Shown in pieces: positions 38,021-47,478 of a stretch of DNA of 64,000 bases. The notes beneath the pieces were generated by a model. The model did no database searches. It had not been told where the DNA came from and worked only from the letters and a program-made list of their open reading frames with translations. The stretch comes from an uncultured Candidatus Babeliaceae bacterium (GTDB taxonomy: Bacteria; Babelota; Babeliae; Babelales; Babelaceae). Where the stretch lies: NCBI GenBank assembly GCA_963704655.1, contig OY969927.1:1120001-1184000 (forward strand), written 5' to 3'. The number at the start of each line of letters is the position of its first letter. Position 1 is the first letter of the stretch. Made by a program: the position numbers and the translations under genes.

Positions 38021-38863
38021 ATGAAAAGATTATATTTTTTATTCTTATCGATTTTTGGAACCATCATATACTCATCAGAACACTCTCAAGAACCCAGCAG
38101 CTCAGAACGGCGCGGATCGATTGTTGCCATGCTAGAACGTCGTAGTTCAAGTATAAAAAAATTTCTTTTGGGGAAAGATGGGCAAGAACAGATTAAACAA
38201 GAAAATACAAAACCATTATCCAGGCGCAGGACACGTTCTGCAGGTGATGCGGTAGTCCGTTATCATAATAAAAGTTCATTAATGACTCAATCAAGTTTGC
38301 CAGACCTAAATGACTCAATCAAGGAGCTCAAAGATAATGAAGATAGCTTATTTAAAGAAGCTATAAAATATTTAGATGCCTCTAAGAATGAGCGTGATCC
38401 TCATGTAAGACAAAAGCTCAGAATCCATGCAGAGGTAGATCTTGAAATACTTCGCCGTGAAAAAAAACATCCAAAGGCGATTCAATTACTTTTAGAAGAG
38501 TTTTATACGCAAGACTTTGATATCCGTTCATCTGAGCAATTGAGTTCATTTGAAAAGTCGTTACTTGAAGATTGTGGAGGACAAACCGATCTTCTTGTTT
38601 TATATAATCAATTACGTGTTCGCAAATTAACAACAGCAACTGATGAATTTGTATTTGATCGTTTTAAAAATGCTTTTTTAGCGCTTATTCACTTGCGTGA
38701 GTCAGATGAATTTAATGAAGAAAAAGTACAAAAATTTGCTCAACATGTGCAAGAGCTTGCAACAAGAAAAAAATTTCTTAAGAATGCTGCGCAGCCGCAA
38801 GTTGATAAAGAAAGTCTTGAAGTTGATAAAGAATCTCATGAAGACCAACGACTTGCAGGTTAA
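38021..38863 (+). CDS. Hypothetical secreted protein
   Basis: Signal IIYS; Ser/Arg-rich disordered N-region. Confidence 0.75.
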   Translation: MKRLYFLFLSIFGTIIYSSEHSQEPSSSERRGSIVAMLERRSSSIKKFLLGKDGQEQIKQENTKPLSRRRTRSAGDAVVRYHNKSSLMTQSSLPDLNDSIKELKDNEDSLFKEAIKYLDASKNERDPHVRQKLRIHAEVDLEILRREKKHPKAIQLLLEEFYTQDFDIRSSEQLSSFEKSLLEDCGGQTDLLVLYNQLRVRKLTTATDEFVFDRFKNAFLALIHLRESDEFNEEKVQKFAQHVQELATRKKFLKNAAQPQVDKESLEVDKESHEDQRLAG

Positions 38864-38896
38864 AAGTTATTATGGAAAGAATAAAAAAGGGAAGTT

Positions 38897-39559
38897 ATGA
38901 AGATTTTTTTGGATACCGCTGATTATAAAAAGATTGCCGAATGCGCGCAAACAGGTTTAGTTGATGGCGTTACGATAAACCCAAGTTTGCTTAAAGTTCA
39001 AAATGAGCCACCACTTAAAATTGTGCGTGAAATTTTGCGTGTGCTACCTGAGGCTGAAATAAATTTGCAGGTAACAGAACAAGAGCCTCATAAAGTGTAT
39101 GAACAGGCAAAACATATTGCACATTTGGCAGAAAATATGCTTGTGAAAGTACCGTGCCATAAAATGTACCTTCCCGTTATTGCGCAACTTATCCAAGAAG
39201 ATATCCCAGTGAATGTCACCCTTGTTTTCAGTTTAAGTCAGGCGCTTGAAATGGCAAAACTTGGCGTAAATTATATCTCTGTTTTTATTGGCAGATTATA
39301 TGACAATGGCGTTGATGGCCTTGAAGTTGCAGCAGCGGTACAAGAGATGCTTGATACTTATGGCTTTGAATCTGAGCTTTTAGTTGCCTCTGTGCGCACC
39401 AAAGAACAGGTCGAAGGCGCTATTATGCTTGGCGCAGACGCTATAACTATGCCTGTAGATGTCTTTAATCAGCTTGCAGAACACCCACTTTCTGACGCTG
39501 GCCTTAAAAAATTTGCCGACGATTGGCAAAATGGGCCACACAAGCTACTATTGGAGTAG
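38897..39559 (+). CDS. tal: Transaldolase / fructose-6-phosphate aldolase family
   Basis: IFLDTAD, GVTINPS, VKVP, NVTLVFS, LVASVR. Confidence 0.9.
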   Translation: MKIFLDTADYKKIAECAQTGLVDGVTINPSLLKVQNEPPLKIVREILRVLPEAEINLQVTEQEPHKVYEQAKHIAHLAENMLVKVPCHKMYLPVIAQLIQEDIPVNVTLVFSLSQALEMAKLGVNYISVFIGRLYDNGVDGLEVAAAVQEMLDTYGFESELLVASVRTKEQVEGAIMLGADAITMPVDVFNQLAEHPLSDAGLKKFADDWQNGPHKLLLE

Positions 39560-39634
39560 TCTTTTGACAAAAATTCTCTATTTGGTAATATTATTAGTAG
39601 GTAAGTAATGAAATTAACCTAAATGGAGGTATTT

Positions 39635-40216
39635 ATGTCATTTATTAAACAATTTTTAATGGTAAGCGCTCTGGTAGCGGCTATTTCTATGCCGAACCGT
39701 GCATATGCCCGCCAGATGGACATATCTGTTGGCGATTCTATAATTTATGCTGGTGTTACAGCTGTTTGCGCCTATATAATTTATTCTTGGGCTACGCAGG
39801 AAACAGGATCTGCTCTAACTACTCCTGCTTTAACTACTGATGATGATATGTATGGGGCCGTTCTTGAGACGTTTAAACAGGGCTCTGAAGACCCTTACGA
39901 AGATCATCTTGATCAAGTTTTACGTGAGGACGGGTATCGAATTTACGTTAAGGAAGATCAAGATAAAATGGTTGAATTTTTTGAAGCCATGAGAAACTTT
40001 ATTGATCCGATAAAAGATCTTCCATCTAAAGAACAATTTCATGATCAAATTGATGCTTTAGCGATAGAGCTTGAAGCAGAGTTGTTAATAAGCCGGGATA
40101 ATATCAATATTGATGCAAGAAATTCATTTGGTGCACGTGCTGCGCGAGCATCTTATTATGCGGACCATTTTAATGAAATTATTCGGCAAGCGGCATTACA
40201 GCCAATTGTTAATTAA
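39635..40216 (+). CDS. Secreted/membrane protein, paralog family D
   Basis: VLETFKQG..LREDGYRIYVKED. Confidence 0.7.
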   Translation: MSFIKQFLMVSALVAAISMPNRAYARQMDISVGDSIIYAGVTAVCAYIIYSWATQETGSALTTPALTTDDDMYGAVLETFKQGSEDPYEDHLDQVLREDGYRIYVKEDQDKMVEFFEAMRNFIDPIKDLPSKEQFHDQIDALAIELEAELLISRDNINIDARNSFGARAARASYYADHFNEIIRQAALQPIVN

Positions 40217-40221
40217 AGATT

Positions 40222-40249
40222 AAGGCGGTGGTTTCACCGCCTTTTTTTT
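40222..40249 (+). terminator. Intrinsic terminator
   Basis: aaggcggtg-gttt-caccgcctttttttt. Confidence 0.8.
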
Positions 40250-40340
40250 GTAGTAATTTGCTTGAATGTTTTACTATAGTTTATTTATCTTTATACTATC
40301 TGATAAATAAATTTATATTCAACAAAAAAGGCTACATTTT

Positions 40341-40943
40341 ATGAATAAAAAATATTTTTTATGTGCACTAACTTTATCTGCAACATTAACTCCCATTTTT
40401 GCTCCTTCATCTAATGGTTCTTCTGATGGAAGGGCTCCTACTTTTACAGAAACTGTAAGTGCGTTTGCGGTATTCGGGGCGCTTTATTATGCGCTGTTTG
40501 GTGGTGAAGCGCCAAGAAAAGAGCAGCCAATGCCTCAAGCGCCTAAACCCATTATTACTGATCGTCGTCAGGAAAAATTAACACAAAGAATTTTAGATGT
40601 TTTTTCTAAAGGCGAAAAAAATGCGCTTGAAGGGTATATTTCAGAAAACTTACGCCGCAACAATTATCAAGTTTTCTTAAAAGAAGACAAAAAGGATATT
40701 GAAACATTATTTCGCGATGTGGAAGGTTTTGTAAGAGAGAAAATTCCTTGCTCAAATCAACGTGAGTATGTGGCAAAAAGAGTAAGAGTTTTAAGAGATG
40801 ATTTTAGAAAAGATTATGAGCTAAGCGCTTATAAAGATATCGACAGAGAACTTATCAGATGGGGCGCAGGCGTCATTAGACCAGATTCTTATGTGAGTAT
40901 ATTGTTAGATATCTTAAAGCAAGCTGAAACTATTGTCTGCTAA
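40341..40943 (+). CDS. Secreted/membrane protein, paralog family D
   Basis: ILDVFSKG..LRRNNYQVFLKED. Confidence 0.7.
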   Translation: MNKKYFLCALTLSATLTPIFAPSSNGSSDGRAPTFTETVSAFAVFGALYYALFGGEAPRKEQPMPQAPKPIITDRRQEKLTQRILDVFSKGEKNALEGYISENLRRNNYQVFLKEDKKDIETLFRDVEGFVREKIPCSNQREYVAKRVRVLRDDFRKDYELSAYKDIDRELIRWGAGVIRPDSYVSILLDILKQAETIVC

Positions 40944-40959
40944 AAAAATAGTCGTTGTT

Positions 40960-41760
40960 ATGTATAAAAAAATCTTCTTGAAAATCATATTTTTTATAAT
41001 TATCTTAAGTGGCTTGCAGCCCAAGCCACTTAAAGCAGATGATGGTGCTGTTGTGGTAGTTGCTGGCATTGCCGCTTTTGTAGGTGCAACATGCATAGGC
41101 TATAAGGCATGGCAGCTGTATACATCGTACACACAAGAGCGTACTTTTTTAAAAGCAAAAGAGCTTTTAAAAAAATCTGTTTTTTGGGGAAATTCAGAAA
41201 CTGTTTATTCTGCTAATGGCAAAGAGATTATCAATCATATAAATGAATTAGCACTGCAGGGATATAAACCCGCTTTATATTTCCAAGCAGAGCACCCATG
41301 GCTTTTTGTAGATAGCATTATTTCTGAATTTGCGCCTAATATTTCACAACCTATTTTTTACGCGCGCTATGCACGTTTTAGCATCGAAAAATATAAACAG
41401 CTTGCTGCTCTTGGCGATATTCATTGCTATTTTAATGCGGGTAATTTAGGTATTGCCTGGCTCTATATTAAATATCATCATGGCGTTGATTATGCCCAAA
41501 TTTCAGGCGAAATCGATGAATATTTAGGCTATCTTGATACTGCAGCATGCTTAGGCCATCAAGGTGCCGTAAATGAAATTGTTCGAATTTACCAAGAAGG
41601 GCTTTTGGTAAAATATAATCAGCGTTTGATAGCTGAAATTCCTGGATATTATGAAGCAATTCAAAAGATGAGTGATTCTATCTATCCAATTTCTAACTTG
41701 AGAATATGGCTCTTTAAAAACTATTATAGTTTTTTGCAACTTTCACCGGTGGCGTCTTAA
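40960..41760 (+). CDS. Sel1-like repeat protein with signal and TM segment
   Basis: LALQGYKPA, LAALGDIHC, AACLGHQGA. Confidence 0.65.
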   Translation: MYKKIFLKIIFFIIILSGLQPKPLKADDGAVVVVAGIAAFVGATCIGYKAWQLYTSYTQERTFLKAKELLKKSVFWGNSETVYSANGKEIINHINELALQGYKPALYFQAEHPWLFVDSIISEFAPNISQPIFYARYARFSIEKYKQLAALGDIHCYFNAGNLGIAWLYIKYHHGVDYAQISGEIDEYLGYLDTAACLGHQGAVNEIVRIYQEGLLVKYNQRLIAEIPGYYEAIQKMSDSIYPISNLRIWLFKNYYSFLQLSPVAS

Positions 41761-41771
41761 TTCTTTTAAGC

Positions 41772-41800
41772 TTGATTGATTAAGTAATATCGCTTACAAT
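41772..41800 (+). promoter_or_regulatory. Sigma70 promoter
   Basis: TTGATT-N17-TACAAT. Confidence 0.6.
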
Positions 41801-41833
41801 TGCATATAAAATTATTAACATTAAAGGCTTTTT

Positions 41834-42163
41834 ATGAAAAAAATAGTATTAATTATTTCTGCTTTATCGTTTTTTTCACAGCAGCTATGTGCAATTGGTG
41901 AAGATTTACATCAAGTCTTATATGCGTTTTTTCAGGACAATAAGCTGGACGAGTCTTCGTTTATAGATCCTGTGAAGTTCGAACTAGATGTTGAATCAGA
42001 TAATGATTTAGAGAGCCATATGACTCAAAATGAACGGATGCACGATGTTCTTGATGCGTTGCTTAATGGTTCTCAATCAGATGAACTAGAGGATGAAGAT
42101 GATATAGGCGGGATGCAAATGGTAGCTCCTTGGCCATTGCTATATCTTTTGGGTTATTATTGA
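41834..42163 (+). CDS. Acidic secreted protein
   Basis: MKKIVLII signal. Confidence 0.65.
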   Translation: MKKIVLIISALSFFSQQLCAIGEDLHQVLYAFFQDNKLDESSFIDPVKFELDVESDNDLESHMTQNERMHDVLDALLNGSQSDELEDEDDIGGMQMVAPWPLLYLLGYY

Positions 42164-42207
42164 GAATTTTCGTTATTGGATCACAGGGCGAATTTAAAGA
42201 TAAAAGC

Positions 42208-42236
42208 TTGATTAATTCGATGATATCGCCTATAAT
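42208..42236 (+). promoter_or_regulatory. Sigma70 promoter
   Basis: TTGATT-N17-TATAAT. Confidence 0.65.
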
Positions 42237-42267
42237 CACATAAAAACTATTACAAAAAAGGCATTTT

Positions 42268-42696
42268 ATGAAAAAAATAGCACTCATTATTTTCGCTTTA
42301 TTAGCATTTTCTAATTATTCATTATCAGCAATGGATGCAAAAAAAGAAAGTGCTTCTATGGAAAGTGTGGGGACTTTTTCAGGGGCTTTAAAAGTTTTGA
42401 CCGCATTTGATCAATTTATGGATAACCAAATGAGCAAAGAACTTGGGGCAATATCTAATGCGTCTACTGTTGTTGCACGTGGCATCAATGCTGCCCAAAA
42501 AGAGGTTATTATTGTTCCTTTTGGTCAGGATTTTATTAAAGAATTAACTGAAACATGCGATCAACCTTATACCCGTGAACAAATACAAAAAATTATGAAA
42601 TCAGAAACTTCAGCAGTTTATGCACTTGGTTTTGCGCAAGCGATAAGGCTTATAGCAAAAGTTCAAGAACAGCGTGAAGCTTCAGATGATAAATAA
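42268..42696 (+). CDS. Hypothetical secreted protein
   Basis: MKKIALII..SLSA|MDA. Confidence 0.7.
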   Translation: MKKIALIIFALLAFSNYSLSAMDAKKESASMESVGTFSGALKVLTAFDQFMDNQMSKELGAISNASTVVARGINAAQKEVIIVPFGQDFIKELTETCDQPYTREQIQKIMKSETSAVYALGFAQAIRLIAKVQEQREASDDK

Positions 42697-42764
42697 AATT
42701 AATATATTCTAGCAAAAAAACGGCGGCTATGGCGGACAGGCTTAATCTGTGATATAGTCTAAAT

Positions 42765-44744
42765 ATGACTATTTTTAAGCTACATTCCCCGTTTCCTGTT
42801 TCGGGCGATCAACCCAAGGCTATCGAAAAACTTGTTGAATCTAGGCCCGGTAAATCCACTCTTTTGGGGGTAACCGGCTCAGGTAAGACCTTTACTATGG
42901 CGCATGTCATAGCTCAGCAGAGTAAGCCGGTTTTGATTTTATCGCCTAATAAAACGTTAGCAGCGCAACTGTATGAAGAGTTTTCGCTCTTTTTCCCAGA
43001 AAATAAAGTCTGTTATTTTGTCAGTTATTATGACTATTACCAGCCAGAGTCGTACCTGCCAGCGCAGGATATTTACATCCCAAAAGAGACAAAAATTAAC
43101 TCAGAAATTGAGCGCTTACGCATAGAGGCCGCTGCCAGCATGATTAATAGGCAAGATACGATAGTTATTGCCTCTGTTTCATGTATATATTCTTTGGGTA
43201 ATCCTGCAGATTATAAAAATTTAGCTTTTTCGCTTTCATTAAATCAAGAGATAACGCGTGGTGAGCTTATAAAAAGGCTTATCTTTATACAATATGCTAG
43301 AAACGATATGGAAAAAAGCTCTGGAACTTTTCAAGTGCAGGGTGATGTTATAGAGGTTAATTTACCCTATCAAAAAGAAAAATTACGCATCGAAATGTAC
43401 GGCAGCTTTATTCAACGCCTTTCGTGGGTTACAAAACATGAAAATAGGGTGGTAAGCGAGCTTGATAACACCTTAATTTTTCCTGCAAAATATTTTGTTA
43501 CTACTCAAGAAAAAAAGGACGCTGCGCTTGCAAGTATAAAAGCTGAGCTTGAAGAGTATGCACCAACATTAAAAAACCCAATCTATAAAGAACGAATAAA
43601 AGCACGCGTAACGCATGATATGGAGCTTTTAAAAGAGCGTGGATTCTGTCCGGGCATTGAAAATTATTCGGTGCATTTTGATGGCAGATATTCTGGGCAG
43701 GCACCGTTTTGTTTATTCGATTTCTTTCCTGAATTTCTATTAATGATCGATGAATCACACGTTGCCATTCCGCAATTGCGTGGTATGTATGCTGGTGACC
43801 GTGCACGTAAATCGTCACTTATTGAATATGGTTTTAGGTTACCAAGCGCGTTTGATAACAGGCCGTTACAATTTTCTGAAATCGAAAAATATTTTAACGA
43901 TGTAATATTCGTTTCTGCGACTCCTGGCGATTATGAGATGCAAAAAAGTGATAACATAGTCGAGCAGATTATTCGTCCAACGGGCCTTATTGATCCTGTT
44001 GTTGAAGTGCACAAGCGCGAGGGCCAAATTTCTGATCTTATTAAAGAAGTTAAAGACACGCGTGAACGCGGGCTCCGTACATTAATTACGGTACTTACTA
44101 AAAAATTAGCCGAAGAGTTTGCGCATTATCTTGAAGAGCAGCAGATTAAAGTATGTTACTTACATTCAGATATTAAAACCCCAGAACGAACTGAGATTTT
44201 ACATAAATTACGCCAAGGCGTTTTTGATTGTTTGGTTGGGGTTAACTTGCTTCGTGAAGGGCTCGATCTTCCTGAAGTTGCACTTGTTGCCATTATGGAC
44301 GCTGATGTTGAAAGTTTTTTACGCGATAAACGTTCGTTAATTCAGACTATTGGCCGTGCTGCACGAAACAGTGAATCAAAAGTTATTTTATATGCAGACA
44401 AGATCACCAATTCTATGCAAAATGCTATGGATGAAACGGCCCGTCGCCGCATCTTGCAACAAGCATATAATAAAAAACATGGCATTACTCCGACTACGGT
44501 GCAACGAGAAGTTACCAAGAGTATTTCGCCTATTCAAAAGGCTATTATCGAAGCGCGTAAGGGCAAAAAGAAAACCTCCACTGCGCAAGAGGCTGGGAAA
44601 TATACTTCAGCTGATGTTCAAAAACAGATTCTTGATCTTGAAGCACAAATGCAACATGCTGCTGAAAACTTCAACTTTGAAGAAGCTATTGCACTTCGAG
44701 AGCAATGGATGCAATTAAAAGCACTTCTAAAAGACAGCTTCTAA
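42765..44744 (+). CDS. uvrB: Excinuclease ABC subunit B
   Basis: GVTGSGKT, YYDYYQPE, DESH, NLLREGLD, QTIGRAAR, UVR domain. Confidence 0.97.
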   Translation: MTIFKLHSPFPVSGDQPKAIEKLVESRPGKSTLLGVTGSGKTFTMAHVIAQQSKPVLILSPNKTLAAQLYEEFSLFFPENKVCYFVSYYDYYQPESYLPAQDIYIPKETKINSEIERLRIEAAASMINRQDTIVIASVSCIYSLGNPADYKNLAFSLSLNQEITRGELIKRLIFIQYARNDMEKSSGTFQVQGDVIEVNLPYQKEKLRIEMYGSFIQRLSWVTKHENRVVSELDNTLIFPAKYFVTTQEKKDAALASIKAELEEYAPTLKNPIYKERIKARVTHDMELLKERGFCPGIENYSVHFDGRYSGQAPFCLFDFFPEFLLMIDESHVAIPQLRGMYAGDRARKSSLIEYGFRLPSAFDNRPLQFSEIEKYFNDVIFVSATPGDYEMQKSDNIVEQIIRPTGLIDPVVEVHKREGQISDLIKEVKDTRERGLRTLITVLTKKLAEEFAHYLEEQQIKVCYLHSDIKTPERTEILHKLRQGVFDCLVGVNLLREGLDLPEVALVAIMDADVESFLRDKRSLIQTIGRAARNSESKVILYADKITNSMQNAMDETARRRILQQAYNKKHGITPTTVQREVTKSISPIQKAIIEARKGKKKTSTAQEAGKYTSADVQKQILDLEAQMQHAAENFNFEEAIALREQWMQLKALLKDSF

Positions 44745-45040
44745 CTGATACTTCGATAAAACTCAGTACTAAAGACTCGCTCATCCTGACACTTCGTCAA
44801 GCTCAGCGCTAAAGGCCCTGCCTGCCCGCCGTAGCCTTGGCGTAGGCTGGGTCGAAGGGTTAGCGAGATTCAGGATCCATCTCATAATAATTCATAATTT
44901 GCGGCTTGCTGCCGAACCGCCTTGGGGATTTTGTGATAAAACCCCCAAGACCCCCGATCATCCTGCCGGAGGCCGGTCGCTTCAATTCACTCGGCATGGC
45001 ACAAAAGTGCCGGGCCTCGGTCAGAGAAGCTCCTCGACTT
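44745..45040. repeat. Nested palindromic repeat cluster plus a GC-rich structured segment
   Basis: ctcgctcatcctga..gtcgaagggttagcgag enclosing cttcgtcaagctcag and cctgcccgccgtagcc; then ttcaggatccatctcataataattcataatt. Confidence 0.8.
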
Positions 45041-45706
45041 TTATTTTATAGATAAATTCAGTTCACTATTTATAAATTGATCAATGGGCCAATAACCCAT
45101 AGCTCTACTATTATTAGCGAGTATCTCGCGGGTTTTAACCGGCAGGCAATGCGTAACCGTTGAAAAATATTGTGGCACGCTGACAAGCGGGGCATTGTAT
45201 AATGCATTGAGAACTTCAAAATTAACTGGGGCTGCACTTTTATCATACATTCCAAGTAATCTTACATGGCTTTCAAACCCACATGTGGTCAAATAAGGGG
45301 ATGAATTTTGAGTAAGCGTAAAGCTCTCATTTTTGGCAATGGTATGAGAGACGTAGCCAACAATTCTATTATTAATAGTCGCTTTGAGTTGTAGTCTGTT
45401 ATTTTTTTCTTTGAATTCTTCTTGGAACATTCTCCCTATAATTTTTTTTGCTGTAGATTCATCTGGTTTATCCGGAAATATTTTGAACAGGTTTATAAAA
45501 ATTTCTTGTGCGGCGGTTATATCGTTTTCTGAGTTAACGTAATCTATGGTATAAGTTCCATATCCAGTTTTTATAGTAGTAGGTAATGGTTTTTTATCTC
45601 TAAAAAAGGGATTCTTGCCCCAATCAGCACTCATGCTCTGCATGCCATGCAAATAGACGTTGCAAGTAGATAGTATAATTAATAATAGTATTTTAATGTT
45701 AGTCAT
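45041..45706 (-). CDS. Secreted protein, paralog family E (possible GNAT-like fold)
   Basis: MTNIKILLLI, YTID, LQLKA, IVGYVSH, GYWP. Confidence 0.75.
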   Translation of the reverse strand: MTNIKILLLIILSTCNVYLHGMQSMSADWGKNPFFRDKKPLPTTIKTGYGTYTIDYVNSENDITAAQEIFINLFKIFPDKPDESTAKKIIGRMFQEEFKEKNNRLQLKATINNRIVGYVSHTIAKNESFTLTQNSSPYLTTCGFESHVRLLGMYDKSAAPVNFEVLNALYNAPLVSVPQYFSTVTHCLPVKTREILANNSRAMGYWPIDQFINSELNLSIK

Positions 45707-45789
45707 AAATGTGTCCCTAATTTTGCCACTTTTTAATTTTTATGGTTATCGTAATAATTACTTAATGATAACATATTTTGGGAGTGGTT

Positions 45790-46018
45790 ATGAAAAATTT
45801 TAAAATAATTGTCTTTATTACGGGTTTATTGCCCGCTATATGCTACGTATATCAGATCCAAAGAGTCTTATAAACTCACTTTTGCTGATGTGCAAAAACA
45901 GATTCTTGACCTTGGAGCACAGATGCAACTCGCTGCTGAAAGCTTTAACTTTGAAGAGGCTATTGCACTTCGAGAGCAGTGGATGCAATTAAAGGCGTTA
46001 CTAAAGGATAGTTTTTAG
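45790..46018 (+). pseudogene. Duplication junction: M3 peptidase 5' fragment joined to a uvrB 3' fragment
   Basis: 45790-45862 resembles 47479-47550; 45872-46018 resembles 44598-44744. Confidence 0.85.
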
Positions 46019-46116
46019 TTATTGTTTTTTTAATATTAATTTTTTTCATTTATTGCTATATTATAATATAGTACTATATAAAATAGTGGCGTTTCTTAAT
46101 TTTGATAAGGTATTTT

Positions 46117-46485
46117 GTGAAAAAATGGCAAATCGAATATTGAGATGAGGGAAAGAATAAAAATTCTATCGAGAAGTGGCTTGATAAGCTAACCAAGGAG
46201 CAGCTCAAATCAGTCGCCAAAGAATTGCGAATGCTAGAGGAGATTGGAAACGAGCTAAGGCTACCTCATAGCAAGGCTTTGGGTGATGGTTTGTTTGAAT
46301 TGCCAGAGCGGCGACATGGATATCGTATTTATTATGGATTTAATGGTAAGAGTCTAATTATTTTGCTTGCTGCTGGGGATAAAACAAGTCAAGAAAGAGA
46401 TATAAAAATAGCTCGTGAAAGATTAACAAAAAATATAAGGATTGGGGACCATTATGAAAACAAAAAGCTTCCAGAAATACCTTGA
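46117..46485 (+). pseudogene. RelE/HigB (Gp49-like) toxin with a premature stop
   Basis: GTG..KWQIEY then TGA (46141), reading on in frame as DEGK..IEKWLDKL..LPHSKALGDGLFEL..YRIYY. Confidence 0.8.
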
Positions 46486-46765
46486 ACAGCGTCTTAATAA
46501 AGATGAAATCGCTGAAATTGAAGAGCAAGCAAAACTTGAAGTTAAAATTTTAACTTCAATACAACAATTAATTTCGAGCGCTATGGAAGAATATATGGAA
46601 AAAAATAACATTGGTTTTAATGAGCTTGTTAGGCGCCTTGACTCAAGTCCAGCTCATGTTGCAAAAATTAGACGTGGTGAAGCAAATTTGACTCTGTCGA
46701 GCTTGGCACATCTTTTTGCTGCGCTTGGAAAAGAGCCACAAGAAGTCTTTAAAGGCAGAAAATAA
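46454..46765 (+). CDS. XRE-family HTH antitoxin (HigA-like)
   Basis: ELVRRLDSSPAHVAKIRRGEANLTLSSL. Confidence 0.85.
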   Translation: MKTKSFQKYLEQRLNKDEIAEIEEQAKLEVKILTSIQQLISSAMEEYMEKNNIGFNELVRRLDSSPAHVAKIRRGEANLTLSSLAHLFAALGKEPQEVFKGRK

Positions 46766-46803
46766 ACTGATTCAGTTTGCTTTGGTTAGTGTGCGAGGGT
46801 AAG

Positions 46804-47400
46804 TTAATTCGCGAGTTCTTCAAATTCACTAAGCGGCCAATAACCAATAGTATCTTCACCAGCTTCGATTGGAGCAATGTTATCCGCCAGTCGGCTCTCG
46901 GTAATGGAGTTATTTTTTATAAAGTTTTTTGGGGCAAGTTTCAGATATTGAAAAATTTGCTCATAATCATAAGCATTTTTATCGCATACCATTAATTTTA
47001 AAAGACTTTTGTGTTTTATTCTAGCGTTGTGTTTAGAGGTTAAATCATCTTTTACGATTACATGGGAAGCATAGCCAACAATAGTACCATTTAAGCTAGC
47101 TTTTAATTGCAGAGTTATTTGGGTTTCCAGTGAGCTGCTTGCAAGTGTTTCTAATTCATTTTTAAACATTAAATAAATGGGTATGTCCAGCTCACCGGTT
47201 TTTATTTGGGCTTCTAAGATTTCTTGTGCTTTAACTATATCGCCACTTTCAGCGCGATCTATAGTATATATTCGGTCTTCAACTCCAAAATGCCAGGGGA
47301 ATGGCGTAATTTTCGTTAAAAAACTGTTCTGATTCATCCCATAAACGCACATATTGCAAGCAGATATGATAATTAATAATAGTATTTTAATATTAGTCAT
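46804..47400 (-). CDS. Secreted protein, paralog family E
   Basis: MTNIKILLLI, YTID, LQLKA, IVGYASH, GYWP. Confidence 0.75.
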   Translation of the reverse strand: MTNIKILLLIIISACNMCVYGMNQNSFLTKITPFPWHFGVEDRIYTIDRAESGDIVKAQEILEAQIKTGELDIPIYLMFKNELETLASSSLETQITLQLKASLNGTIVGYASHVIVKDDLTSKHNARIKHKSLLKLMVCDKNAYDYEQIFQYLKLAPKNFIKNNSITESRLADNIAPIEAGEDTIGYWPLSEFEELAN

Positions 47401-47478
47401 AAATATGTCCCTAATTTTGCCACTTTTTAATTTTTATGGTTATCTTACTATGTTAAGAATAACATATTTGGAGTGGGT

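Noticed and set aside
44745-44870. Possible CRISPR array or tRNA
   Set aside because: There is no regular repeat-spacer periodicity, no cas gene and no cloverleaf or TpsiC motif.
45809-46018. 69 aa UVR-domain ORF as a real gene
   Set aside because: It has a TTG start within an out-of-frame M3 fragment and is explained as a duplication junction.
46141-46143. In-frame TGA as evidence of a recoded genetic code
   Set aside because: TGA ends glk, the ABC ATPase and the 41834 ORF normally, and long housekeeping ORFs are uninterrupted under code 11.
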